DNA from: Chrysomallon squamiferum
Taxonomy: Eukaryota; Animalia; Mollusca
NCBI GenBank assembly: GCA_012295275.1
Contig: CM022665.1
Location: 124,001 to 188,000, forward strand
Length of the DNA: 64,000 bases
Reading direction: 5' to 3'
A model generated the notes under the pieces. It saw only the letters and a list, made by a program, of their open reading frames with translations. It had not been told where the DNA came from and did not search any database. Shown in pieces: positions 1-14,500 of the stretch. Made by a program: the position numbers and the translations under genes. How positions within the stretch are numbered: position 1 is the first letter of the stretch; the number at the start of each line of letters is the position of its first letter.

Positions 1-1289
1 GATTACATTGAACTTTATTCCTATTACAGCTTTCTATTTCATTTTCTTTGAATACTCTTCATTTTAAAACGCGGTCAACATGGAATTTTTCGAATTTTCT
101 TGAACACTGCCCATAAAAGCAACTCTGACACGAATAAAACTGATCTAAATGGTAGCACAATAACTGATTCTGCATAATATTCTCAATACACAGCGTCCAC
201 TTGATTAGACTCTGAACTGTTTGTGTTGTGTTACCTGCACTTAGAAAAATAACACAGGTTTCTTATAAAAAGAAGGAAAAAATATGAGAAAAGTTTCATA
301 ACTTAGGCGCAAACATTATTTATTTATTTATATTTTATTTTATTTTTATTTTTATTAAATACAGAAAAAGATGAACTTATTCTCTTATTTACATTAGTAA
401 CATTTCTAAATTGACTTTTGACTGAAAACTTCATTTCATCTAAATTTTCTAAGTTACAGACTGGTACCGCGTACAGACTCATTTTTTTTTTTATTGTTGT
501 CTGTTTTCCTTTTACTTATTTAACAAAGAATTAATAATAATAAGTTATTAAATTTCCACTCTCCTTAACCTTTTTTAAATTGACTAAAGTTTAAATTTAA
601 AAGTATAACCGAGAGGATTAAGTGATAACTATTTTCTCTTACACTTTTTGTACATCAGATTGTTAGATAATAAGTCTAGTATAGCTTTTTTTTTCAAGTT
701 TTTATTGTTATTGAGTTTCCTTTTCCTTTTCTTCTTCTTCCTTTTTTATTTTTTTATTTTTTATTTTGTTTTCATTTTAGAAGATTAGAATTCACTTTTC
801 TAAATAGATTCTAACTTAATAAACAATGCGAATTTATGATTACACATTGTTTACCCATGGGCTGTGGACCAAGCTACAAACAACCTAAAGTGAAACTGTG
901 CAAAAATCATACTGGAAATCATAACTCATCAACAAAGAACATGCAATTTGACCTTATTTAGCTCGGTGATATGTATTTTAATATTATCAGCTATTTTGAT
1001 GTTAATAACTTATCTGATCTACCATGATATAAATAAATAAATAAATAAATTTCCAGTAGTATTTTCATCCGTACAAGTTTCAGTTTCACAAAAGATCGAA
1101 ACAACACGGAATATTTTATAACTTTAGCAACAGAAAGCTAGTAACTTTAAATATTTGTTTTACCACTTATTTTATACACTCATAACTATTATTAAAAACG
1201 ATACTGAATAAGTGCGGAGACACAAAATTGTCGACATTTGTTACTTTTACGTTGTCGCTCGTAATAAATGTAAAAGAAGGTTGTTTTAT

Positions 1290-1489
1290 NNNNNNNNNNN
1301 NNNNNNNNNNNNNNNNNNNNNNNNNNNNNNNNNNNNNNNNNNNNNNNNNNNNNNNNNNNNNNNNNNNNNNNNNNNNNNNNNNNNNNNNNNNNNNNNNNNN
1401 NNNNNNNNNNNNNNNNNNNNNNNNNNNNNNNNNNNNNNNNNNNNNNNNNNNNNNNNNNNNNNNNNNNNNNNNNNNNNNNNNNNNNNNNN
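1290..1489. other. Assembly gap (200 N)
   Basis: Run of exactly 200 N. Confidence 0.99.
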
Positions 1490-4400
1490 CAGAAGAATTT
1501 GACGATTTTCTCGAATGCATCATGATCTAAATGTTAGCACAACAACAACGACAGATTCTGCATAACATTCTGAATATGGAGAGTCCAACTGCAAAACTGT
1601 TAAGTGTTCATACTGTGTCTAACAGCAACTTTTTGATACCGCCCAGAAAAATATCATAATAAAAGACTTGAAAATGTTTATTCAAATCTGGGTACATTTA
1701 TTCCACGCATATGAAAATAATATACAAGAAAGTTTGTCATTTACATGAAGTACTTAGTTGTAATTTAAATTTTAAAAAATGCATGTTTTTAGTATAAGAA
1801 ATATAATTCATATAAATAAACAAAATTAAATAAAATAACTAATTAAATAAAAATTTAATTAAAAATCAAATAAGACGTATTTTAAATATATATATATATT
1901 TATAAAAAATAATAAATAAAATAAAATAAAAGTAAAAATTACCAAATGTTTTCAACATTTTTAACTTAATTCTTGTCAGGCATATCAGAGGTTTCTGTAT
2001 TACAAAAAATAAATAAATATTTTATAATATTAGTAACAAAAGGTAATAATTTTAAATATTTGTCTTAACACTTACTCTGTACCTCCTAACTATTATTGAA
2101 AACGATACTCAAAAGTGGGCGACACAAACAGGTCAATATTTATGAAATTTTCGTTGTCGCTCCTAACAAATACAAACGAATATCGTTTTCTGTATTATCT
2201 GAAGATAGTTAAAATTTAATGTGTTAAAATGCTGGTCTTGTTTTAAACTTTTTGTTATTATATTTGTTTTTAACTAAATCCAAGATCAACGCATGTTTTA
2301 TGTCAGTCATTGAATCGAATAAAATCGCCTAGAAAAGCTTCATTAGTAGCTGTAAAAATTTACACAACGTAAAACAAGGAAGTAAAGTTAAAATCGGTTT
2401 CATATGTTTTAAAAATATTATATATAAAGTCATGAATATCTGATTACTGGATAGAGAAAACTGTTATTTAATAATCTCTAAACTTATCTAAATTCCTAAT
2501 AACATTATTTCTATAAAGAACAACTCAAACACATTGATATATTAAAAAAAGACAACAAAACTTACGTTTCCGAAGTGTCTTTCAGTAATCGATAACGAAT
2601 GTCTTGAGGTCTGTTTATTAATATCACTTACGTGACTACGGCTACACTGTATTAACAACAAGTCCAAACCAATGTTGACACGCACTGCGCATGCCCTTGT
2701 CTAACAGGAATGTGTTAGTTTATCAATACAGTTCTGATTAGTAATGTCTGAGATCTTTTCGTCTTTTGTGAACAATACAAGTTTCGGTTTCAGAAAAGAA
2801 AGAAATAACACTGAAATATTTTATAAAGTTAGCAACATAAATCTAATAATTTTAAATATTTATTTTAGCACTTTGTCTATAAACTCTAACTATTAGCAAA
2901 ATCGATATTCAAATAGTCTAGGGACAGAAATGGTTCTTTGTTTGCGACCGTCTGGTTGTCGTTTGTAAGAAATACAGAAAAAGGTAGTTTTCTCTACTAT
3001 CTGAATATAATAAAATGTGTTAAAACGTAATTATTATTTCAAAGACTGATCATGTTAGTAAACTCTTTAGCTAAATTCAAGGTCTACGTGTTTTTTTACG
3101 TGATTGTTTGAATCGAATAAAATCGACGAGAGAAATTTTCGTTATTAGCTGTGAAAACTTACACAGTGTAAACAAGTAAGTAATGTGAAAATCAGTTTCA
3201 TATATTTAAAGAATATAAATATTTATTTACGGACATAAATTGCTAGAAAACTGTTATTAAAATGTTTAGCAACTTCTTAATCATATTATTTCTGTAAAAA
3301 ACAGACAACAAAACATTTACTGGTTATCTCTACATTATATCGATCACTTGACTCAAATTACGTGTACAAAAGTGATATAAATAAACTTGGTAACCTTCAG
3401 AAATCTATTGAGAATAATATCATAACTTAAGCTATAACCATTTTTTATTTTATTTTATTTTGTTTCATTTTATATTATTTATTTATTTGTTTGTTCTTTT
3501 ATGTTTTATTTCATTTTCTTTTCTTTTCTTTCTTTTCTTTTATTTGTTTCGTTGTTGCTTTATGTGTATATTTTATTTATTTGTTTATGTATTTTTTTTT
3601 TTCCTTTATGTGTTTTATTTCATTTATTTTGTGTGCATTTTTATATGTTTATTTATTTATTTATTATTTTATTTATTTTGCAGAGTACAATATATTCTAT
3701 TGTCAATGTGCAGTGATAATCCTAAACTAGAATACTTTTTTAATAAGTCGGATTTAATTATTTGCAAACATTATGCTGCAGTGCAAAGTTAACATTATAC
3801 TGAGTAGTAAATAATTATATGCAGTGTTCTCAAACGTTCAGAAAATATTTTCGTCCGCAAACGTTTGAATATCACAAAAAAAAAAAAAAAAAAAAACAAA
3901 CTGAAACGCGGAAATATTTTATAATTTTAGCTACACAAAGCTAATAATTTTAAATATTTGTAACCTTTTCATTGTCGCTCCTAACAATTAGAAAAGAAGT
4001 TCGTTTCCTCTCTTTTCTGACGATAGCAACAATTTAATGTGTAAAAATACTGGCTTATTATTGAACCTTTTAAAATTAAATCCAGTGTCTACGCATCTTT
4101 TACGTGACTCACTGGATCGAACAAAATGGACGAGAAAAATTTCGTTATTAGCTGTGGACATTTACACAACGTAAACAAAGGAAGTAATGTTAAAATCAGT
4201 TTCATACATTTAAAAAGTATAAATATCTCTGCACACTTAAATATATATTTATACACATAAATGACTAGATACAGAAAACTGTTGTTAAAATATTTATAAA
4301 CTTACTTAAATTCCTATTAACATTGTTTCTGTAAAGAGCAGCTCAAACTCTTCGATATATTAAAATAGACAACACAATATATACGGGTTGTCTCGACCTC

Positions 4401-7400
4401 GTAACGATCACGTTCTCGAATTACGTGTACAAAAGTGATATAAATACACGTGTTAACATTCCAGAAATCTAACTGCTATTGAGAATAATCTCATAACTTA
4501 CTAGGTACATAAAACCGTTATTAATTTTTTTGTAAACTTACCTAAATTCCGAATCAAATTATTTCCGTAAGAACAGCTCAGACACCTCGATGCGTTAGAT
4601 GGGTCGTTTCTATGTCGTAACGATCACGTGACTGAAATTACATGTAAAAAGTGATATAAATAAACTTGGCGACTTTGAATCGCTAATAAGAAAAATATAA
4701 TCGAGTTAACAAACATTATTTAATTTCATTTAACTTAACTAAACTTCACTTATTCATTTATTTATTTATTTATTTAGTTAGTTAGTTGTTGATTTTTTTT
4801 TGTTTCCATGTTTATTGATTTATTTATAATCTGTTGAAAACATTGTATTTTATTCTAGTAAAAGTTAACTAAATATTATTCATATTACAACTAGGTATAT
4901 TGTTTACACTGCAAACTTTCTCTCATAGTAACTTCCTTTGTCTTATGTCTTATTAAGACCAACTCAGTTTATTTTCTTTGAATACTCTTGCTATAAAACA
5001 GCGGTCAATTTGATATGTTTGGATCTTCCTGTACATTGTCCACAAAACCAACTCTGACATAAATAGAACTGATCTAACTGGTAGCACACTGACAATAACT
5101 GACTCTGTGTAATATTCTAATACACAGAGCCGACTTCCAAAACACTAAACTGTTTATATTGTGTGTAACAGCACTTTTTGTTACCGCACTATGAAAACTG
5201 GTGTAAAGTTTCAACGATACCCTCTGATAAATAAATAAAAGAAAAGACATATTTAAATTGTAAGATACCAGAAGAATTTGACGATTTTCTCGAATGCATC
5301 ATGATCTAAATGTTAGCACAACAACAACGACAGATTCTGCATAACATTCTGAATATGGAGAGTCCAACTGCAAAACTGTTAAGTGTTCATACTGTGTCTA
5401 ACAGCAACTTTTGATACCGCCCAGCAGAAATAATATCATAATAAAAAGACTTAGAAATGTTTATTCAAATCTGGGTACATTTTATTCACGCATATAGGAA
5501 AATAATATACAAGAACGTTTGTCATGTACATGAAGTACTTAGTTGTTATTTAAATTTAGAAAAATGGATGTTTTAGTATAAGAAATATAATTCATATAAA
5601 TAAACAAAACTAAATAAAATAACTAATTAAATAAAATTTAATTAAAAAATCAAATAAGACATGTATTTTATATATATATATATACTTAATAAAAAATAAA
5701 ATAAAAAATAAGATAAAAGTAAAAATTACCAAACGTTTTCTACATTTTTAACTTAAATCTTGTCAGGCATATTAGAGGTTTCTGTAGTTCAAAAAATAAA
5801 TAAATATTTTATAATATTAGTAACAAAAGGTAATAGTTTTAGATATTTGTCTTAACACTTACTCTGTACACTCCTAACTATTATTAAAAACGATACTCAA
5901 GAAATGAACGACGCAATCGGGTCAATATTTGTGACCTTTTCATTGTCGCTCCTAACAAATACAAAAGAATGTCGTTTTCTGTATTATCTGAAGATAGTTA
6001 AAATTTAATGTGTTAAAATGCTGGTCTTGTTTTAAACTTTTTGTTATTATATTTGTTTTTAACTAAATCCAAGATCAACGCATGTTTTATGTCAGTCATT
6101 GAATCGAATAAAATCGCCTAGAAAAGCTTCATTAGTAGCTGTAAAAATTTACACAACGTAAAACAAGGAAGTAAAGTTAAAATCGGTTTCATATGTTTTA
6201 AAAATATTATATATAAAGTCATGAATATCTGATTACTGGATAGAGAAAACTGTTATTTAAACGTCTCTAAACTTATCTAAATTCCTAATAACATTATTTC
6301 TATAAAGAACAACTCAAACACATTGATATATTTAAAAAAAAGACAACAAAACTTACGTTCCCGAAGTGTCTTTCAGTAATCGATAACGAATGTCTCGAAG
6401 GTCTGTTTATTAATATCACTTACGTGACTACGACTATACTGTATTAACAACAAGTCCAAACCAATGATGACACGCACTGCGCATGTCCTTGTCTAACAGG
6501 GCTGTGTTAGTTTATCAGTACAGTTCTGATTAATAATGTCTGAGATCTTTTCGTCTTTTGTGAACAATACAAGTTTCGGTTTCAGAAAAGAAAGAAATGA
6601 CACGGAAATATTTTATAATGTTAGCAATATAAATCTATTAATTTTAAATATTTATTTTAGAACTTTGTCTATAAACTCCTAACTATTAGCAAAATCGATA
6701 TTCAAATAGTCTAGGGACAGAAATGGTTCTTTGTTTGCGACCGTCTGGTTGTCGTTTGTAACAAATACAAAACAAGGTAGTTTTCTCTACTATCTGAATA
6801 TAATAAAATGTGTTAAAACGTAATTATTATTTCAAACACTGATCATGTTAGTAAACTCTTTAGCTAAATTCAAGGTCTACGTGTTTTTTACTTGAATGTT
6901 TGAATCGAATAAAATCGACGAGAGAAATTTTCGTTATTAGCTGTGAAAACTTACACAATGTAAACAAGTAATGTGAAAATCAGGTTCATACATTTAAAAA
7001 GTATAGATATATATGCAGACATAAATATTTATTTACGGACATAAACTTCTAGATACAGAAAACTGTTATTAAAATGTTTATCAACTTCTTAATCATATTA
7101 TTTCTGTAAAGAAACAGACAACAAAACATTTACTGGTTATCTCGACATTATAATGATCACGTGACTCAAATTACGTGTACAAAAGTGATATAAATAAACT
7201 TGGTAACCTTCCAGAAATCTAACTGCTATTGAGAATAATCTCATTACTTAGGCTATAACCATTTTTTATTTTATTTTATTTTGTTTCATTTTATATTATT
7301 TATTTATTTGTTTCTTCTTTTATGTTTTCTTTTCTTTTCTTTTCTTTTATTTGTTTCGTTATTGCTTTATGTGTATATTTTATTTATTTTTTTATGTATT

Positions 7401-8540
7401 TTCTCCTTTATGTGTTTTATTCCTTTATTTTTTCTGCATTTTTATTTATTTATTTATTTATTATTTAATTTATTTTGCAGAGTACAATATATTCTATTGT
7501 CAATGTGCAGTGATAATCCTAAACTAGAATACTTTTTTAATAAGTCGGATTTAATTATTTGCAAACATTATGCTGCAGTGCAAAGTTAACATTATACTGA
7601 GTAGTAAATAATTATATGCACTGTTCTCAAACGTTCCAGAAAATATTTTCGTCCGCAAACGTTTGAATTTCACAAAAAAACAAACAAAAAAAAAACAAAA
7701 AAAACTGAAACGCGGAAATATTTTATAATTTTAGCTACACAAAGCTAATAATTTTAAATATTTGTAACCTTTTCATTGTCGCTCCTAACAATTAGAAAAG
7801 AAGTTCGTTTCCTCTCTTTTCTGACGATAGCAACAATTTAATGTGTAAAAATACTGGCTTATTATTGAACCTTTTAAAATTAAATCCAGTGTCTACGCAT
7901 CTTTTACGTGACTCACTGGATCGAACAAAATGGACGAGAAAAATTTCGTTATTAGCTGTGGACATTTACACAACGTAAACAAGGAAGTAATGTTAAAATC
8001 AGTTTCATACATTTAAAAAGTATAAATATCTCTGCACACTTAAATATATATTTATACACATAAATGACTAGATACAGAAAACTGTTGTTAAAATATTTAT
8101 AAACTTACTTAAATTCCTATTAACATTGTTTCTGTAAAGAGCAGCTCAAACTCTTCGATATATTAAAAATAGACAACACAATATATACGGGTTGTCTCGA
8201 CCTCGTAACGATCACGTTCTCGAATTACTTGTACAAAAGTGATATAAATAAACTTGTTAACATTCCAGAAATCTAACTGCTATTGAGAATAATCTCATAA
8301 CTTACTAGATACATAAAACCGTTATTAATTTTTTTGTAAACTTACCTAAATTCCGAATCAAATTATTTCCGTAAAGAACAGCTCAGACACCTCGATGTCG
8401 TAACGATCACGTGACTGAAATTACATGTAAAAAGTGATATAAATAAACTTGGCGACTTTGAATCGCTAATAAGAAAAATATAATCGAGTTAACAAACATT
8501 ATTTAATTTCATTTAACTTAACTAAACTTCACTTATTCAT

Positions 8541-8583
<43 letters not shown>

Positions 8584-11500
8584 GTTAGTTAGTTAGTTGT
8601 TGATTTTTTTTTGTTTCCATGTTTATTGATTTATTTATAATCTGTTGAAAACATTGTATTTTATTCTAGTAAAAGTTAACTAAATATTATTCCTATTACA
8701 ACTAGGTATATTGTTTACACTGCAAACTTTCTCTTATAGTAACTTCCTTTGTCTTGTGCCTTATTAAGACCAACTCAGTTCATTTTCTTTGAATACTCTT
8801 GCTATAAAACAGCGGTCAATTTGATATGTTTGGATCTTCCTGTACATTGTCCACAAAACCAACTCTGACATAAATAGAACTGATCTAACTGGTAGCACAC
8901 TGACAATAACTGACTCTGTGTAATATTCTAATACACAGAGCCGACTTCCAAAACACTATACTGTTTATATTGTGTGTAACAGCACTTTTTGTTACCGCAC
9001 TATGAAAACTGGTGTAAAGTTTCAACGATACCCTCTGATAAATAAATAAAAGAAAAGACATATTTAAATTGTAAGATACCAGAAGAATTTGACGATTTTC
9101 TCGAATGCATCATGATCTAAATGTTATCACAACAACAACGACAGATTCTGCATAATATTCTGAATATAGAGACTCCAACTGCAAAACTGTTAAGTGTTCA
9201 TACTGTGTCTAACAGCAACTTTTGATACCGCCCAGTAGAAATAATATCATAATAAAAAGACTTACAAATGTTTATTCAAACCTGGGTACATTTTATTCAC
9301 GCATATAGGAAAATAATATACAAGAACGTTTGTCATGTACATGAAGTACTTAGTTGTTATTTAAATTTTAAAAAAATGCATGTTTTAGTATAAAAAATAT
9401 AATTCATATAAATAAGCAAACAAAACTAAATCAAATAACTAATTAAATCAAATTTAATTAAAGAATCAAATAAAACATGTATTTTATATAATATATTTAT
9501 ATATTTATCTGTTCGTAATAAAAAAAAGCTAATAAATAAAATAAAATAAAAGTAAAAATTACCAAATGTTTTCTACATTTTTATCTTTAATCTTGTCAGG
9601 CATATTAGAGGTTTCTGTATTACAAAAAATAAATAAATATTTTATAATATTAGTAACAAAAAGGTAATAATTTTAAATATTTTTCTTAACACTTACTCTG
9701 TACACTCCTAACTATTATTTTAAAAAATGCTCAAGAAGTCGACGACACAAACGGGTCAATATTTATGACCTTTTCGTTGTCGCTCCTAACAAATACAAAC
9801 GAATGTCGTTTTCTGTATTATCTGAAGATAGTTAAAATTTAATGTGTTAAAATACTGGTCTTGTTTTAAACTTTTTTTTTATTATTATTAGTTTTTAACT
9901 AAATCCAAGATCAACGCATGTTTTATGTCAGTCATTGAATCGAATAAAATCGCCTAGAAAAGCTTCATTACCAGCTGTGAAAATTTACACAACGTAAAAC
10001 AAGGAAGTAAAGTTAAAATCGGTTTCATATGTTTTAAAAAATATTACATATATAGACATGAATACTGGATAGAGAAAACTGTTATTTAATCATCTCTAAA
10101 CTTATCTAAATTCCTAATAACATTATTTCTATAAAGAACAACTCAAACACATTGTTTTATTAAAAAAAAAAAAGACAACAAAACTTACGTTTCCGAAGTG
10201 TCTTTCAGTAATCGATAACGACTGTCTCGAAGGTCTGTTTATTAATATCACTTACGTGACTACGACTACACTGTATTAACTACAAGTCCAAACCAATGTT
10301 GACACGCACTGCGCATGTCCTTGTCTAACAGGGCTGTGTTAGTTTATCAGTACAGTTCTGATTAATAATGTCTGAGATCTTTTCGTCTTTTGTGAACAAT
10401 ACAAGTTTCGGTTTCAGAAAAGAAAGAAAAGACACGGAAATATTTTATAATGTTAGCAACATAAATCTAATAATTTTAAATATTTATTTTAGCACTTTGT
10501 CTATAAACTCCTAACTATTATCAAAAACGATATTCAAAAAGTCTAGGGAGAGAAATGGTTCTTTGTTTGCGACCGTCTGGTTGTCGTTTGTAACAAATAC
10601 AAAACAACGTAGTTTTCTCTACTATCTGAATATAATAAAATGTGTTAAAACGTAATTATTATTTCAAACACTGATCATGTTAGTAAACTCTTTAGCTAAA
10701 TTCAAGGTCTACGTGTTTTTTACGTGAATGTTTCAGTCGAATAAAATCGACGAGAGAAATTTTCGTTATTAGCTGTGAAAACTTACACAGTGTAAACAAC
10801 GAAGTAATGTTGAAAATCAGTCATACATTTAAAAAGTATAAATATATCTATAGACATACATGTACATTTACAGACATAAATTACTAGATATACAAAACTG
10901 TTATTAAAATGTTTATGAACTTACCTAAATTCTTAATCACGTTATTTCTGTAAAGATAGGCTCGAACTCAAAGATATATTAACAACAGACAACAAAACGT
11001 ATCCGGGTCGTCATTAGGTCGTAACGATCACGTGACTCAACTTACGCGTACAAAGAAACATAAACATGGCGACTTTCCATTGAACCGCTGCTGAGGAAAA
11101 ATCTCATAATCTAGGGAGCAAATATGATCTTATTTATTTATTTATTTATTTATATTTTGCTGAATACATCATATTTTATTCTAGTACAAGTTAACTAAAT
11201 ATTAATAGTATCACAAATAGGTATACTGTTTACATCATAAACGATCTAGTGCCTTAATAAGACGAACCCAGATTTAAAAAAAAGAAAAAAAAAAAGATTT
11301 TCTAAATGTTGTTATTATAATATAATTCCATTTTTATTACTTTAACTCACTCTTGATAAATCTAGAAAGATTTTCTGAGACACAAATATAGATATTTGTA
11401 ATATTTTCATGTACATTATACTCAATGGATTAAAAAATAACGATGTTAAAAAATATCATATATTTTCATTAGAGTAAGATTACATTGAACTTTATTTCTA

Positions 11501-14500
11501 TTACAGCTTTCTATTTCAAGTTCCTTGAATACTCTTCGTTTTAATGTTTGGATTTTCTTGAACACTGTCCATAAAACCAACTCTGACACGAATAAAACTG
11601 ATCTAAATGGTAGCACAATAACTGATTCTGCTTAATATTCTCAATACACAGCGTCCACTTGATTAGACTCTGAACTGTTTATGTTGTGTTACCTGCACTT
11701 AGAAAAATAACACAGGTTTCTTATAAAAAGAAAGAAAAAAATATGAGAAAAGTTTCATAACTTAGGCGCAAACATTATTTATTTATTTATATTTTATTTT
11801 ATTTTTATTTTTCTTAAATACAGAAAAAGATGAACTTATTCTCTTATTTACATTATTAACATTTCTAAATTGACTTTTGACTGAAAACTTCATTGAACCT
11901 AAATTTTCTAAGTTACAGACTGGTACCGCGTACAGTAATTTTTTTTATTGGTTTCTTTTTTCCTTTTACTTATTTAACTAAGAATTAATAATAATAAGTT
12001 ATTAAATTTCCACTCTCCTTAACCTTTTTTAAATTAACTAAAGTTTAAATTTAAAAGTATAAACGAGAGGATCAAGTGATAACAATTTTCTGTTACACTT
12101 TTTGTACATCAGATTGTTAGATAATAAGTCTAGTAGGGCTTTTTTTTTTTAAGTTTTTATTGTTACTGAGTTTCCTTTTTCTTTTCTTCTTCTTCCTTTT
12201 TTTTTTTTTTTTTTTTTTATTTTTTTTTTTATTTTTTATTTTTTATTTTTTTTCATTTTAGAAGATTAAAATTCACTTTTCTAAATAGATTCTAACTTAA
12301 TAAACACTGTGAATTTATGATTACACATTGTTTACCCCTGGGCTGTGGACCAAGCTACAAACAACCTAAAGTGAAACTGTGCAAAAATCATACTGGAAAT
12401 CATAACTCACCAAGAAAGAACACGCAATTTGACCTTATTTAGCTCGGTGATATGTATTTTAATATTATCAGCTATTTTGATGTTAATAACTTATCTGATC
12501 TACCATGATATAAATAAATAAATAAATAAATTTCCTGTAGTATTTTCGTCCGTAAAAGTTTCAGTTTCACAAAAGATCGAAACAACACGGAATATTTTAT
12601 AACTTTAGCAACAGAAAGCTAGTAACTTTAAATATTTGTTTTACCACTTTTTTATACACTCATAACTATTATAAAAAACGATACTGAAGAAGTGTGGAGA
12701 CACAAAATTGTCGACATTTGTTACTTTTACGTTGTCGCTCGTAATAAATATAAAAGAAGGTTGTTTTATGTATTATCTGAAGATAGAAGAACTATTTAAA
12801 AGCTAATTACTATTTCAAAAATCGCCGAGAGAAATTTCGTTATTATCTTCGAAAATTTGCACAACGTAAACAAGGAAGTAATATTCAAATCCCTTTCGTA
12901 CATTATTATTTTTTTTATTAACTTAACTAATCGAAATATTTCCGTAAAGAACGACTCAAACACATCGATATATTAAAAATAGACAAAAACAAAACGTTTC
13001 AAGGTCGTCACTGTATTGTAACGATCACGTGACTCAAGTAACGTTGTAAAAAGGGTTATAAATAAACTGGGCGACTTTCTGCTGAACCGCTAACCAGACA
13101 AAGATCATAATACAGGCAACACACATTATGTTATTTATTTATTTATTTATTAAACTATTAATTTATCTATAGTTTGCTGAATAGACAAATATAAATATTT
13201 TATTATTTTCATTTACAGCATACTCATTTGCCGTGTATAAAATATAATAATATTAAAATATATTACTTTAATTACAATAAACATACACTAATCTTTATTT
13301 TTATTACAGCTATTGCAGTTTGTTTTCTTTGAATATTCAGTTTCGAATCTTTGAAATTTCCTGTACATTGTCCATAAAACCAATTCTGACAGGAATACAA
13401 CTGATCACAATAACAAGAAGAGATTATGTATGCTATTCTGAATATACAGAGCCTACCTGCAAAATTGTAAACTGTTTATATTGTGTCTAACAGCAGCTTT
13501 TCTCACCGCCCAATAAGAAAACGTCATAATAAAAAGACTTAAAAAATGTTTATTGAAATCTGAATACGTTTTATTCGAGCATATAGGAAAATTAAATACA
13601 AGAACTTTTGTCATGTAAATGATGTACTTAGTCGTAATTTAAATAAAATATGTGCATTTTTTTTGTAGAATAAAATATAATTTATTTAGAAAGATACATA
13701 TAAACAAAACTAGATAAAATAATTAATTAAATATACTTTAATTTTAAAAAATTATCAAATGCTTTCTACACTGTTAACTTAAATCTTGTTAGGCATAATA
13801 CAGGTTTCAGTTTCACAAAAGAAAAGAATAACACGGCAATATTTTATAATTTTAGTAACAAAAAGCTAAATATTTGAAATATTTGTCTTAGTACTTACTC
13901 TATACACTCCTAAGTTACCGAGAAAAATATTCAAGAAGTGGGTGGCACAAACTGGTCAATAGTTGTGACCTTTTCGTTGTCGCTCCTAACAAATACAAAA
14001 GAATGTCGATTTGAAGATAGTCAAATGTGTAATTATTATCTCATATATTGGTCCTGTTATTCATCTCCTTCAACTAAATCCAATGTGCTTTTTACGTAAG
14101 TGTTTGTATTGAATGAAATCGACTAGAAAAGCTTCGATATGTGCTATGAAACTTGGAAGAAAAATTAAAATTAGTTTCATTAATATCTCTTTACTGGATG
14201 AAGAAGACTTATTAAAATGTTTATTAACTTACCTAAATTCCTAATCAGATGACTTATGTAACTGACAGCTCAAACACACTGATAAACACATCGATTTTTT
14301 CCTTTGATTTTTCTCGTATAATTATGTACTCTGTTCTCGAACGTTACCGGAAATATTTTAGTCCATTGTAAAAATAGAGGTTTCGGTTTCAGAAAAAAGA
14401 AAAAAAAAGAACACGGAAATATTTCCTAATGTTAATATAATAAAGCTGATAATTTTAAATGTTTGTCTGAACACTCACTCTATGCACGATAGTGAAGAAG

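Noticed and set aside
1167-1530. ORFs spanning the N runs (also 52682-53030), and spacing measured across the gaps
   Set aside because: Gap artefacts; true distance and adjacency across 200-N joins are unknown.
3460-7589. Phe/Leu/Tyr-rich ORFs at 3460-3792 and 7281-7589
   Set aside because: Translations of T-rich low-complexity tracts duplicated with the 3.8 kb repeat; no domain signal.
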